A stretch of DNA of 56,742 nt, the filler included, from Jimgerdemannia flammicorona (Eukaryota), in NCBI GenBank assembly GCA_003990765.1. It is 2 parts of 2 records of this genome, joined end to end, with 100 filler letters (N's around TTAATTAATTAA, not from the genome) between each part and the next. Parts side by side here need not be neighbours in the genome. Positions count along the whole stretch, not along the records: positions 1 to 28,323 come from RBNJ01000568.1; 1 more part is not named here. One strand, written 5' to 3'. Below, one piece after another: positions 13,266-25,633 of this stretch. A program made the position numbers and the translations under genes. The notes under the pieces were generated by a model. That model was not told the origin of the DNA, did no database searches, and worked only from the letters and a program-made list of their open reading frames with translations. Position 1 is the first letter of the stretch, and each line of letters opens with the position of its first letter.

Positions 13266-15288
13266 CTCCAGGCCCAGACTCTATTCTAGTCCCACTCTTC
13301 TCCAATTCCTACCACCTGTCAGCTACTAGGCCATATATCCTGTCCCATCCCTCTCTGGTACTCTACTCCATTGCTAATATCAAAGTCTATGAGAGAGATA
13401 CCCCCAGCAATACTTGATCTCATCTCCACATTGCTGGGCTCCATGGTGCCTCTCCTTCATCTCCCTGCCAGCAAATCTCAATACAGTGAGCCCCATTTAC
13501 TACCCCCCACTAGAAACTCTTATATCTCATTTACTCTCTATTTGGAAGTATAATCAAGGACAGCAAATCTCCAGTAGCTCCTCTTGGTGAACACTGCATC
13601 TCTCAGACCTTCTTCATTAGAGAAATCTAGCTATCACCTCTCAGTTCTACTACTCTCTTCAGCTACCATACTTGTAGACAATATAGCCTCTTTGGGAAGT
13701 CAACCAGTCTAAGGCCTCCTCCAGCCACTAACAATGATAAGATTTCTCAGCTAATCTGACTCCTCTGCTTAGCCCAGATTCCACCTTTTGTCAGCTTCAA
13801 TAACCTCTTCACTATCTAGGCTGGAAAGTCCAGATAATATACCAAATACCACAACTTCAGTAGTCAGTAGACATTCAAAATTATAATGTATCCTGCCAAA
13901 GACAGGTGACAGCCTCTCCAATCTCTTAGGACCTCCCCCCAGATAGCCACTTGTTACTCTCACCAAATGTATGACAAGACTGACCCATACATAGAGAGAT
14001 AGATACCCAAGTACCTCACAGCCTCTTTAGTAGAGACAATTGTTCCAATGACATCTCCTCCCACCAGGCTATTATCTAATACCATTGTTTCATACTTATG
14101 TTAGTTAAGTTTAGCCCCAGAGTATACTGCATACCACTCCACTATTTCCCAGAATTCCTCAATATCAGCAATCAATCCAAACTGACTACCATATCATCTA
14201 CAAAGACACCAACCTTCCACACAATACTGAATATGGAGAGCCCCACTATCTTTCACTGAATTCTATCCAACAATAGCTCTAAAGACAGAGTACACAAAAT
14301 CAGGGACAGGGAGTCCCCTTGGAGAATGCCTCTTCCCAGAGAAAAGGCCACCTCTCTATACTCATTGCATATGAGTATTGCTCTACTCCTTTTCAGTAGA
14401 CTGATCATTGCCACTTAAAACTGCTGAGGGATACCAATCTTGTCCAAAACCTTCACCAGCCAAACTCACCATATATAATCATAAGCTTTCTTCTAATCCA
14501 AGAAGACCAGTCTCCCATCCAGTCCATAGGTCCAAGCCCCTTCAATAATGTTATATACTCAGGCCATGCCATCCCTAATGAACTGACCCCCTACAAACCC
14601 TTGCTGCTCCTCACCCAAAACTTGCTGGGCCACCTTCTGCAACCTTACCACTACTATCTTAGTAACCAACTTCCTGTCTATGTCTAGAAGCATGATAGGC
14701 TACCAATTCTTCCAGTTTTTTCTTCTACTCTTATTCTTATAAAGTAGTACCACTAGCCTCAGATCTTGCTCCCCCACCCACCTCCCTAACTATAGTACCA
14801 AATCACACATCACCATCATCTCTTCCAGTACCCCAGGTACTCCCAGCATCTTCTTCCAAAAGTCCCAGGGCAGACCATCCTCTCTAGGTACTGTTCCCAG
14901 CATAGTTGCAGCAAGAACCTGGTAAATCTCCCCCTCCTAAACTGACATTACCAAACTGTCCAACCCATCTACTTGTGGCAGGTACCAATCCTCCAAAGCA
15001 TGTGCAATGGTAGCAGCCATTGCTCCACTCTCCTCCTCACTCCACAAACTGCTCCACCTCTCCTTGAGTGAGTCCAAAATATCCTGTGAACTATGTACCA
15101 GTAGCCTATGTGAATTCAGTACCCCCTCCCACCTCTGCCTCACCTCCTTGCCTGCAGAATTTTTGAAAGATACTTAGATGGCCTCTCCTCCTCCTCAAGT
15201 CCCTGCTAGCATAATTGGGTAGCCAAACTCTACACCCATATCTCCTCCTCTTCTCTCAATACCTATCATAGCTCAGTAACCTCCATCT

Positions 15289-16976
15289 TAGTCTGGTATA
15301 CTCTCTACTTTATAGAAGCTTGATGGAATACTCTGAACATACTCAGCAAAGTCTATCAAATTGGACAAATCTCAAGCTACTACTATATTAGCCACCTCCT
15401 AGAAAACATAGTTGAACACTACTATGATATAGATATTACTTAGATATCTTAATACCAGAAACTCATTACTCATAAACACTAAGAACTCTTTTATGAGTAT
15501 AGTATCTTTATTCTCCATCTTTAAGTTACTACTACTGAAATGATTGTTACTCTGTCTTATGGCCAAATTGATGATATAGTATAAGAACTCAATCACAAGT
15601 ATATTGAGTATATTCCAATCATAGACAGATCCTTTCTACATTCTGATGACTATATCTTACAAATATCCCCAAGTTAGATATACTATAAAGGATATCTATA
15701 ATATAATTTAGTTCAATAACAATAAAGTAGAAGATAATAATCCCTCTGATACTAATATGACCTCTAGTTAAGGATCCATACCAGCCCTAATTACCCCACT
15801 AACTCTGTCAATGAACTTACAACAGTTTTTAACTATCTACAAGACCTATTAGAATAATAACCACTGGTATGAGTACTAATCTACATTTATGTCTAATTAC
15901 TTCAACTACAATGAAGAGACCAGAGAATATAACCTATACCTCTAAACAACTCTTGAGATTGAACTGACAATCTCACCTCCCAAGTACAAATAAAATAAAC
16001 CACAGCTACTAGCTTATTACAACCCTACAACTTATAGCACCATTATCTATAGAAAATATACAAATAGCAAATCTGATGAAAGTGAAGATAATGCACTTCT
16101 TCTCTACCCACCAACACTCTATTCAGCATATAAGACAGATGATATCATCTTGTAGAATGGTGATATGATTTTAATATACTATTATATAAATAAATAAGGA
16201 GATATCATTCAAGAATTACTCTTTTTAGATAACTACTTCATCAGAGATAATGACATCAATAGTGATCTCATTGAAAACTACCCAAATAGTATCTAAATCT
16301 ATAAATAACTTAGCAGTCATTGATATAGTTAGATTAGCCTTATATGATATAACTGCATACTGACTCAGCATCAGACAATCTCTTGATATATCAGTTCACA
16401 CTTATACTATGTGACTGTATTCTGACTTAGCAAGGCACTAAGTGCTACATATATCCATATTTAGTATAGTCCAGATAGCCTCTAAATATCCACTCCTCCA
16501 GACCTCAGAAACTTAGACTTAAATAGATATAAATAGATCCAAACATAAGAACAACTCCTCCACAATATTCCTTCATACAACTACTTCTAGTATAGTAATA
16601 GTATAAATAGTAAATAAATCTATTTAATAATCTACAAACCACTCTTAAGTAAATCTATATTCCATTAGGTCCTATTCCTAATCATATTATAAAATTTTCT
16701 AATTGGGTATTATCTGCAGTGATATGCTAATTCAACTAAATTGGGCTTAGTTTTTTAAACTTCCTGAAATATAAAAAATCCTGAATATTTAAAACTAGTC
16801 TGAAAAAGGACTTTAGTTGAAATATTAACCTAATCTTGAAATCAATAAGTATAAAGGATGTATTTTATATAAAATTGATCTTAACCTTAAAAAAACAGTC
16901 TTCTAGAATATCTAGAACTTCTAGAAAACTCTTTCAGAACTATATAACAGTATTCTAACTAAGTAACCCTCTTACA
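15289..16976. mobile_element. Second, inverted and truncated copy of the 2-kb LTR-like element
   Basis: Reverse complement of about 11255-12885; ends CTTACA at 16971-16976; more heavily C->T/G->A mutated than the first copy. Confidence 0.88.
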
Positions 16977-17669
16977 AAACTCACCTTTACTCTCTCCAAC
17001 TTCTATAAAAACTTTACTTAGACCACTTTAGTCATCTGACTCACAATTAAGCCTAAAACTATCTTGATCAGTACTACTAGTTCTCTGAAGTATAGTATAA
17101 TAGCAAATTTAGAGATTAATTTCTTAAGTAATGAGACTACTGTCAGGCTCATTATACTATCTATTAGATCTCTCTCCTCTCTATACTCCATCTACTTAGC
17201 TCTGTCTCCAATAGTTATATCTAGATTTTTTCTAGATTTTCTATTATATTATTATTAGTAATCATACCTCTACTCTCAATTATAGCTCTGCTAGCCCTTA
17301 TGTCTACCTTACTAAGCATTGACCCTTCAGCTCTCTCAGGACTTACCTTTCTTTTCTCTCTAGACTTACTATTCTTAGCACTTCTAGACTATCTCTCCAC
17401 CTTTATCTTATTGGTAAAGCTTATAGATTCTGACTCTCTACTGCTCACCAGGACCCCCCTGCTCACTTATATTACTAAAAAAGTCTATCTCTATACTGTA
17501 GCCTCTCTTAACATACTACTAACTAAAGGTCCCAGATCTGTCCAACCCAGTATACTTGTTAGAACTTTTGTACATTATTATATTACTAGTATCTTTTTTC
17601 TAAAAACTATGTAAAAAGTATTATAAGAAATTTGTATAATATAAATTATAATAGAAAAAGATATAGAGA

Positions 17670-18053
17670 TAACTCAATCTCTCAGTTATATAATTTATAT
17701 AATTATATAAAAAGTATAGTTATATAAATCTCTCAGCTATACAGATCTCTCAGCTATACAGATTTTACAATATACAGATCTTTTAACTATATTAAATAAC
17801 TTATAGAAAAAGAAGTCTTAACTTAGCTACTATATAGCTAGTAACCTTATATAAATATCTTTAGTATTTAGAGTAAATAAACCTCAGATTAAAATAGTTT
17901 AAGCAAAGAGATAAGAAACTAGTAAGCTTACAGGCAGATATACTTCAAACTCACTCACCCCTATATCTGAGAACTCTAAGAAGTCAAAGAAGATCAAGTA
18001 TTCAAGATAAAGAAATCTACTATACTTCTATTAGTATATATCTATTATATTAT
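17670..18053 (+). repeat. Decayed LTR fragment related to the LTRs of the Gypsy element at 30015-35779
   Basis: Shares gtaaataaacctcagatt.aaatagtt, cttcaaactcactcac and gtcaaagaagatcaag with 30300-30430 and 35595-35725. Confidence 0.75.
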
Positions 18054-18074
18054 AGTATATTAAGTTAAATTATA

Positions 18075-18396
18075 TATTAGATTGAGTTGTGTTTTAGGTT
18101 TCAGATCAGGTTTGGAATTTGGATCAGATTAAAGATAGATCATGTTTTTTTTCTAAGTCAGATTAAAGATGAGTTATATATATATATTTTTTATATTTTT
18201 TCTTAGATCAGATTAAAAATAGATCACATTTTTTTTTTAAGTTAGATTAAAGATGGGTTATGTTATTTTTTGGGTCAGGTTAAAGATGGGTCACATGTTT
18301 TTCTTAGGTTGGGATAATGACAGATAATGTATAATTCTGAGTTGGCTATTTTTCAGATTAAGTTTTAAGTTCTCAGGTCAGGTTTGCAGAGCACTA
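18075..18396 (-). mobile_element. Probable end of a hAT-like DNA transposon or MITE
   Basis: Minus strand starts TAGTGCTCTGCAAACCTGACCTGAG (a CpG-decayed ACCCGACCCG-type subterminal motif) followed by several imperfect copies of tcagattaaagatgggtca. No partner end or TSD seen. Confidence 0.4.
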
Positions 18397-20057
18397 CCCC
18401 TACCCCTCCTCTGTGATATATTTACCCTCTCCATCATTAACTATACATCTACTAGCTACCTATCCTTTAAAGTTGCCTTTGGCGCAATTTAGTATATCTT
18501 GCTTCGAAACAGGCGTGTTGAGATATTAATTTTCTTCATTATGTAAGCACGTGACATGTTTACGTCACACTTGTATACGCCAACATGCGACTTAATTACA
18601 TATTATCAATAAACACCCTTCTTTCCATCCGCTTCACTCCAGTATTCTGATTATCCCACAACAACGCGCACGCGTACTGGCGTTGCGCGTGCTTGCATGT
18701 TCTGTGCCTTTGCATAAGCGACAACTAGCATAAGTGAAAATGAAAAAAAGCATAAAAAGCACAAATTGTCCTGGACGAATTCATATGTAAATCCGATGAG
18801 ACGATAATTTAAATAACGCAAGAAAATGCAAAGCGTAATTGTATAATACAACTTTGATCTAAAATTCACATCTACCGATCCACACGACGCGTTGTACAAA
18901 CGAAGCCTTCCCAGCGCATTGCTTCAACAAGGCTGCGTGCGCAAGCAGGATGTGTGCGATGTTCTCGCAACGAGGAGGCCGACGAAAAAGAACCCCCTCC
19001 ATATACCGGGCGAGAATCTCGAATCGAGCGACAAATCGATCGATCGATAAGCGAGAGTTGCACGACAATGACAATGATATAATAAGCTCAAACAGGTCAG
19101 TAACATCGATCATGGTGATCGTCGGGGTGGTGATTATCGTGGTGGCGGGGCTAGTACAATCCGGATTTTTTGGCCTCCAACCGCACAGATTTTTAGCTTC
19201 TCCACAAGACGTTCGGGGTTGGGACGTCGGATGAGGGAAGCGACGGGATCGGTTCGGTTTTATTTATGGGATGTCATCGAGATATATGATAGCATTTTCT
19301 GATTACCGGCTTGAGAATCCGGGCATTTGTATTGTTTTATGGGCAGTCTTCGCCATCGATAGGGATAGCACGGTATCTGGCGAAACAGGTGATTCCACTA
19401 AAAAATAAACTCATCGAATCGTGGCCAAGGAGTTGATGGACCTTGTTGCGAGGGGCGGGGCATGCGGCGTTGGAGAGGGTCAAGGGCAGAAAGGGAGGTC
19501 TATCTTTGACGAATGGAGCGCTCATTTTGGAGTCAGCGTCTTCCATATAGGTTTTGTGTTGAGGTTCCGGGGCACTCTAAAATTCTCGGAGGGTGGGCAC
19601 GGATGGCTTGTGGTAGGTCAGGCGCTTAATAAATCTGGACTTGGGTTAGGCTGTTATAATTTTTTTTTTTTTCTGGTAGCGCTTATTGCCTTTTTTGCCT
19701 CCCACCTCCCCTACTCCTTCCCTTCTCCTACTCCTTCTCCTTCCCCTATTCTCTCTCCTGCTCCCTTCTCTACTTCCTTTTTTACTCCGTTCTCTACTCT
19801 CTCATCTACTCTCTCCGCTACTCCTTCCCGCTCCTTTCTCCCCTCCCCTCTCCCCTACTCCTCTCCCATAATGCTCGCCGTCAGCACCTTGGGATCTCTC
19901 CGCTCTTTGAGGCCGACCCAGACTCGCCCACACGGATCCGATAAAACACTGATCCGTCCGCCACTATCATATGACAGATAGAAGCGTCTAGAAGACGATC
20001 ATTTCGGCTCGCCAGAATTTCCGGTGACGACGTATCGACCATCTCCACTACCTGTGC

Positions 20058-21461
20058 TTGATTGTTGAGCATACAATGCTTGCGCTAGCGATAATCGTAG
20101 GAACTACAACAGTTTATTTATACAACACTCGCTATCGACATCTTGCCGAAAACACTTCTGCGTTACAACTTGTTAATCGGAACACCTATTTGATCTGTCC
20201 TAATATATACCCTATCTGCGAGACATTGATTGCGCCTCATTTCAGAGGTCAGGCTGCGGATTTACTATTTATTATGAACATAGATTTTTATGGCAACGCC
20301 CACGCCATTGACTCCGGAGGATCCGACGCAGACTCTGACGATTTGATACAAACTCCTGACGACTTGAACGAGCCCTACTATTCCGCGAAGTCGAGTTTTT
20401 GTCGGCTCGCCGCAAGCTCCTAAACAAATTCAGCACCGTTTCAGAAATTTCGTATTGAGGTTATTATCGGTGCCCACAACGATCTTGGAAAGTTTTGTGT
20501 CTGCCTCGACCCAGTTGCATGGTTCGACGTCTTTTTGAATGACATGAGCAGTACCGAAGCAGCGAGAATCGGTCGACAGTATATTTCAAATGTACGGCAA
20601 CGAGAAAGGGCTAACAATTATTCCGACGACGAAGAGAACTTCTACGACGAATTGTCTGACCCTGCCAATACTTACAGCATCTGCAAAGAATAGAAAAAAA
20701 AAAAAAAAAAAAAAAAACAGCGAGTGGTGTAGATACGGAAAAAATTATAGTAACTACCAATATTCGGATATTAACGGTTCTGGCTGCGGGGGTATGCCAA
20801 TGGCTCATATCATGATACTATTTCCGATAAAGGATTCACGCACCCAAGATGTATTGTCGACCTACGGCAAATCGAATGCGATTATGGAGACATTGATCGT
20901 ACACGGCCTTGGAACGGAGGCCTTTGACAACAAGTACGTCCTCACGTTGCTCCGAGAAACTATCCGCGAACTATTGTTGTTGCAGCCCGGGTAAAATAAA
21001 GCACTAATCCAATCATCTGATTTCTGGGAGGACCTCCTTGTTCTTCAAAAGATCTTTTGTTTCCATCAAGTATCATTCAATTCTGGAGAATGGGAAGAGG
21101 CAATCGAAAGTTCGCGACAAGTGTGCCACACCCACGCACGCCTACACTTTGACTTCATGACGTGGAAGCGAGTGGCGGACTTGGTGAAAGACCATTCGAC
21201 CAAACAACGGAGGCAAGCCGTTGGAGTATCGGCCCAAATTATCGAATTCAAGATTGTCAAGAACCGGAGCAGAATCGTTTACATTCCATGAAGATCGTCG
21301 AGGGGCAGAAGGCGTGGATGTATGCGATGGAGCATGCTATGGGGAGGATGGAGGAAATGGAGGGGAAGGGAGAGAGGATGAAGAAGGTGGAGGAGGGGAT
21401 CAAATGTATTATCGAATTGCTTAGCAGGCAAGCTTTGAAACATTATATTGTAAATGATTGA
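20058..21461 (+). pseudogene. Coding-like segmented region; hypothetical gene or pseudogene, family unrecognised
   Basis: Successive protein-like plus-strand frames (AADLLFIMNIDFYG..., KFRIEVIIGAHNDLGKF..., IMILFPIKDSRTQD..., KAWMYAMEHAMGRMEE...HYIVND*) in the CpG-rich island; they need introns or frameshifts to join. Confidence 0.35.
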
Positions 21462-22142
21462 ATGATGGGCCCGCATCGGCAGATATCAGAGATAAGGATT
21501 ATGCGTATGCGTAGGTGCTCATTATAACACGCGGGCAATATTTATGTAAGTATCATGCGAGGCCTTGTGGGAATATCACTCGATCTCAAGGCTGCTATTG
21601 ACAAGGTATTGAGCATGCGCTTCCGACGCACTCGCAATGGTCAATCCCATCCCGCGTCAAATCGAATCGCCGACTTCACTCGTCGAGCAATGCGGTTGTG
21701 CATATCGTATTTTGAGCATCTGGCGACGATTGTTATGTCATGGCCGCTGCATGCTTATATGATGGCGAAACTCGGCACCGCGTGGTACCGCATCGATTGT
21801 ACGCAATGAGCTTGGGCGATATTTGGACAAGCGATGATCGTATCTTTTCTTTGCGGAAATGGGCGCGCGGGTGTCAAGCATCCCACCCCGCTTTTTATTT
21901 TACTATCGACATGGAATCGTTCATTAATTTAAATAAATGTTTTATTATTGTTTAATCAATGCACCCGATGTCGATCTGCTAGGCTGCGTATGAACAATAT
22001 GAGCATCTTCAATTAATAAAATAAGTAAATAAGCTATGCGACATACACCGGGCCCAAAGTGGTAACCAATATATGTACATGAGCCCTACCCCAAATTCCT
22101 ATTTAAATGAATACTCTATACATATTGCGTTGCGATCGACAA

Positions 22143-22583
22143 CTAATTGCTCACATTCCCATCTACATCCATATTTGTAACGCGGCGATGAGCTTTCGAT
22201 GCGATTTCATCATCGGAGCTGTTGTTGGCATCGACTATCTCATTTTTTCGTCTGGGTTTTGTTTTCATCGTTGAGATGAGTTCGGGCGACGGATGCAGAC
22301 TTTGTTGGCCCGCTGCGGATGGGCTGATCATGCCTTTCGAGGGCAGGTCATGTGACACGAGTGCATGGACATGATCGCGTTCATATTGCTGACGTGGTCG
22401 CACAGTTTTCTGAGAACACAGCACACTAACGATTTGGAACCTTTTGATGTAGCGCCAAATATTTGTGTCGGTATGCCGCTTGCTTCCAAATGGTGAAGTG
22501 TGGCCAGTTAAGTCGTGCGTGGTAGTGAGGAGGTCGTGAGTCGCGCAAAGTCTGAGAATTGTGTCGTCGATATGATGTGTCAC
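22143..22583 (-). CDS. Possible exon of a hypothetical protein
   Basis: 146-codon ORF ending near a GTGAG donor-like site; no recognisable motif. Confidence 0.2.
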   Translation of the reverse strand: MTHHIDDTILRLCATHDLLTTTHDLTGHTSPFGSKRHTDTNIWRYIKRFQIVSVLCSQKTVRPRQQYERDHVHALVSHDLPSKGMISPSAAGQQSLHPSPELISTMKTKPRRKNEIVDANNSSDDEIASKAHRRVTNMDVDGNVSN

Positions 22584-23815
22584 GTTGGGAAATGTGTTGG
22601 GAAGAGTGTGTGGAATTAGAATGAAAGGAAAGTGCGTAGCTTAGCGAGTTGTCGAGCCATCGTAATATAAATGAAGACGGCTCGCGTACATCTCACCCAA
22701 GGTTTTCAGCTGTGCACCATACACTACAGGATCGGATGTTTATTTTGGGCATTCGCATTCTGGCAGATGGCCACGGTGGTCTCCGCCGCAAATTGATACG
22801 CGCGAGAATCTGATATATATCATATTATTGTCGTATATTATGTAAATATAAATTAAAATAAAATAAAAATGCTATTTGATTAATTGAGCGAAAATGATTT
22901 GATTCGCTTTGAATTGAATTAAATTGAATAAAAAATCACATTATTATTAGATGTGTCTCGTGTTTGCTTTGGGTTTCCGAAGTTTAACTGAAAGCTGATA
23001 CCATGGAAACTCAAAAGACAATAAATAATCGGCCATTTCTGATTCAGATGACCACTGACCCTAAGCGATTCGCTCAACCTTGCTTGACACCAGATACCTC
23101 CCTCAGATGTCGTCCGTAACCCGACTCCAAATCCTCCAGTGTGTTCTTCGGTAATAACCCTCATGGGGGGTGGCGTTCAATCCGCCCCAACTAAGCCTGC
23201 CAGGGGTCCTTCAAATAATTAATATAATCACACTTGATATAGTCACACCTATGTAAGGTTTTATACGAGCTGCCCACTTATAACACCTTTGGTATAGTCA
23301 CACCTTGATACAATCACACTTGAATGCTGGCCCAACAATGTGACTATATCGAGGGTTCACTGTACCAACGTACAGCATTTGGTTGTTTTGGCACAGTCTA
23401 GTTGCCTGTTCGAAGTTCTTTCGGTCCCTGGACAAATCGGTGAATACTTTTTTTTTTTTTTTTTTTTGAATTTCGCTGTTTGGGTTTTCGCATGTACTAC
23501 TCCGTGGAACACGGTATATTTTATAAGTTAGAACCTTTTTACACGTGAATGGCCTCGCTCTATTTTTGTACATAGTTCCAAACTCTTGTACATAGCGTAG
23601 ATAATTCAGAAACACGTATATATACATAAATATGAGGTCCACTAATATGTTCCGCGCGCCGAAACAATAAAATATTTATATTTTCTGTCATAAAAATACT
23701 ACGAGTGCCCTCCTTTTTTTTTTTTTTTTTTTTTTTTTTGAATTCCCTGATCGTATGCATGGTAATTAAAATTACGCGTGTCTCCGTGACTGCAGAATCA
23801 GCCTCTCAACCCACC

Positions 23816-25130
23816 ATGGACGAAGACGCTGGGGCCGACATGGACCTGCACTTCGTCTCAGCGTACACATACCTGAACGAACACCCTGGGATCGCGTCTT
23901 CAAACGATACCTTGCTCAAGGTGTGTGCTACGTCGGTATTTCGTCCTCCTTCCCTTCTCTCGCCTCACAATTCCCCCTCTCGGCACATCCATAGCTCTAC
24001 GCCTACTACAAGCAAGCAATACAAGGCGACTGCACGATACCAAAACCAGGGCTGTTCGAGTTTGTGGCGCGGGCCAAGTGGGATGCGTGGAAGGGGTTGG
24101 AGGGGTTGGGACGCGGAGAGGCGATGAGGGACTATGTGGAGACGGTGATAGGAATGCGGTGCGGATGGGACCCTGAGGGGAACCATCGCGAGGAGGAGGC
24201 TGAAGGGGCAGGGGGGGAAGAGGTGAGTTTTAGATCCAGAGGGGTGGGTGTGGAGGAGAAATGTAAGGGGTTTTGATGTTGACAATGGACGGGTTTGTTT
24301 TGTAGAGACTTGGGAATTCGGTGAGCACAATGACGTACGGTGAGGAGGATAGGTGAGTCGTTTTCTTCGACGCCACGCTTCTTTCCTTCGCGTGTTCGCC
24401 AATACCTCAACGCTCTCCCGCACCCTCACGATTCCGCATAAAATTGAACCGAGTAGCTCCGACGAGCCGATCGATATCTTCTATCACGTGAAGGAGGGCG
24501 ACCTCGCGGCGACGGTACAGTCGTTGGATGACGAAAGGGTAAACGTGAACGAGAAAGATGATCAGGTATGCTCGTTGTTGTGGCGTTTGCGTGTGTGGTG
24601 CGGGGTTAGTGATGTCGTAGGATTACTAAGCTTGGGTATTACGGCAATGGTTCTCTCACGTGTTCACACGTTGCTCTCATCAAGGGCCTCGCGCCGTTGC
24701 ATTGGGCATGTGATCGGGGGCACACAGAGATTGTAGAGCTGTTGCTGAAGCGGGGCGCGGATGTGAATGTCGTGGTGCGTATGGCTACGGTCGATTTTTC
24801 ACGCATCGGAACCTCTTTTTTTTTTTTTTTTTTTTTTGATATTGAATGTTTGCTTTCCATTTGTTGGCAACAGACGGAAGAGAACGAAACGCCATTACAC
24901 TACGGTATGAATGAATGATGCTATTTCATAATCCATGCCCGTCCTTTTACATGTTTGAAATCTTTGATTGAAACCATGCATCTGTTACTACAGCGTGCCT
25001 TTCGGAACGACTGGAGATTGCGCGGATCCTCCTGCAGAATCGGGCTGATACGACGATACGCGATGAAGACGGTAACACCGCATTCGAGGGTGCGAACCAG
25101 GGGTTCGTGGCACTTGTTCAGGCGGATTGA
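23816..25130 (+). CDS. Acyl-CoA-binding domain plus ankyrin repeat protein (ACBD6-like), 7 exons
   Basis: Exons about 23816-23920, 23995-24222, 24306-24351, 24457-24566, 24685-24774, 24874-24904, 24994-25130 with GT-AG introns; ACB motifs LYAYYKQA..GDC..PKPG..AKWDAW..L.G....EAM..YV; ankyrin motifs PLHWACDRGH.EIVELLLKRGADVN and ETPLHYAC. Confidence 0.93.
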
Positions 25131-25633
25131 GTGATATGGAAACGAAATGAGTGGATTTAATTTGTCTGGAGTTGCTGATGGGTTAGTGTTTTTTATAAAA
25201 TAAAATAAAAATCTTTCGCAATCTATAGATGAGTGGTCTCAGTTGTGATTGATAGATTGACGGATGGATGACGACAGTGTTCGGTGGGTATGAGACCCGG
25301 CCACACGGGGCGCGTTGTGTCATGTGCTGGGTGACTGCATTGGATTCCAGCCCCAAGTATGCATGGTGAGAGTTGTCTCGGCCGTCGGAAAGGCGAAAAG
25401 GGGGTTTGAAAAAGGAACAGAGCGCGTGAGTTACATCATCGAACAAGCACCTTGGACGTCAGGTGAGTGTGGCACCCCTTTTGGAAGGACCCTTTCTTAC
25501 CACTCTTGAACTGTAGCATCGTGAGCTCTTTCCCCAACATAATACACACCCAAAATTTGGAGCTCAATTGCCCGCTAACCTCGAACTCACCCTCATACTT
25601 CCCCACCCGTCGCAGTTCACTCCACCCCTTGCA

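Larger units (their letters stand above)
10559..17664 (-). mobile_element. Decayed LINE C with poly(A) tail, interrupted by two copies of the 2-kb LTR-like element and an internal deletion
   Basis: Poly-T at 10559-10577 with tttatt (AATAAA on minus) nearby; zinc-finger remnant QMPEHWLREYEVLGDFW (10904-11092); RT region 13266-15290 similar to LINE A; 16977-17664 aligns with the 5' end of LINE A (ccaacccagta, ending gaaaaagatat). The 5' piece could belong to a separate copy. Confidence 0.75.

Noticed and set aside
18859..19546. Minus-strand peptide fragments such as RRPNPERLVEKLKSVRLEAKKSGLY*
   Set aside because: Could not assemble a gene model or recognise a family.
19421..19981. 186-aa ORF
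   Set aside because: Open mainly because of a low-complexity C/T-rich tract (19686-19870); no motif.
20694..24837. Long A/T homopolymers in the gene island as retro-insertions
   Set aside because: No TSDs or element bodies; they look like ordinary intronic or intergenic tracts.
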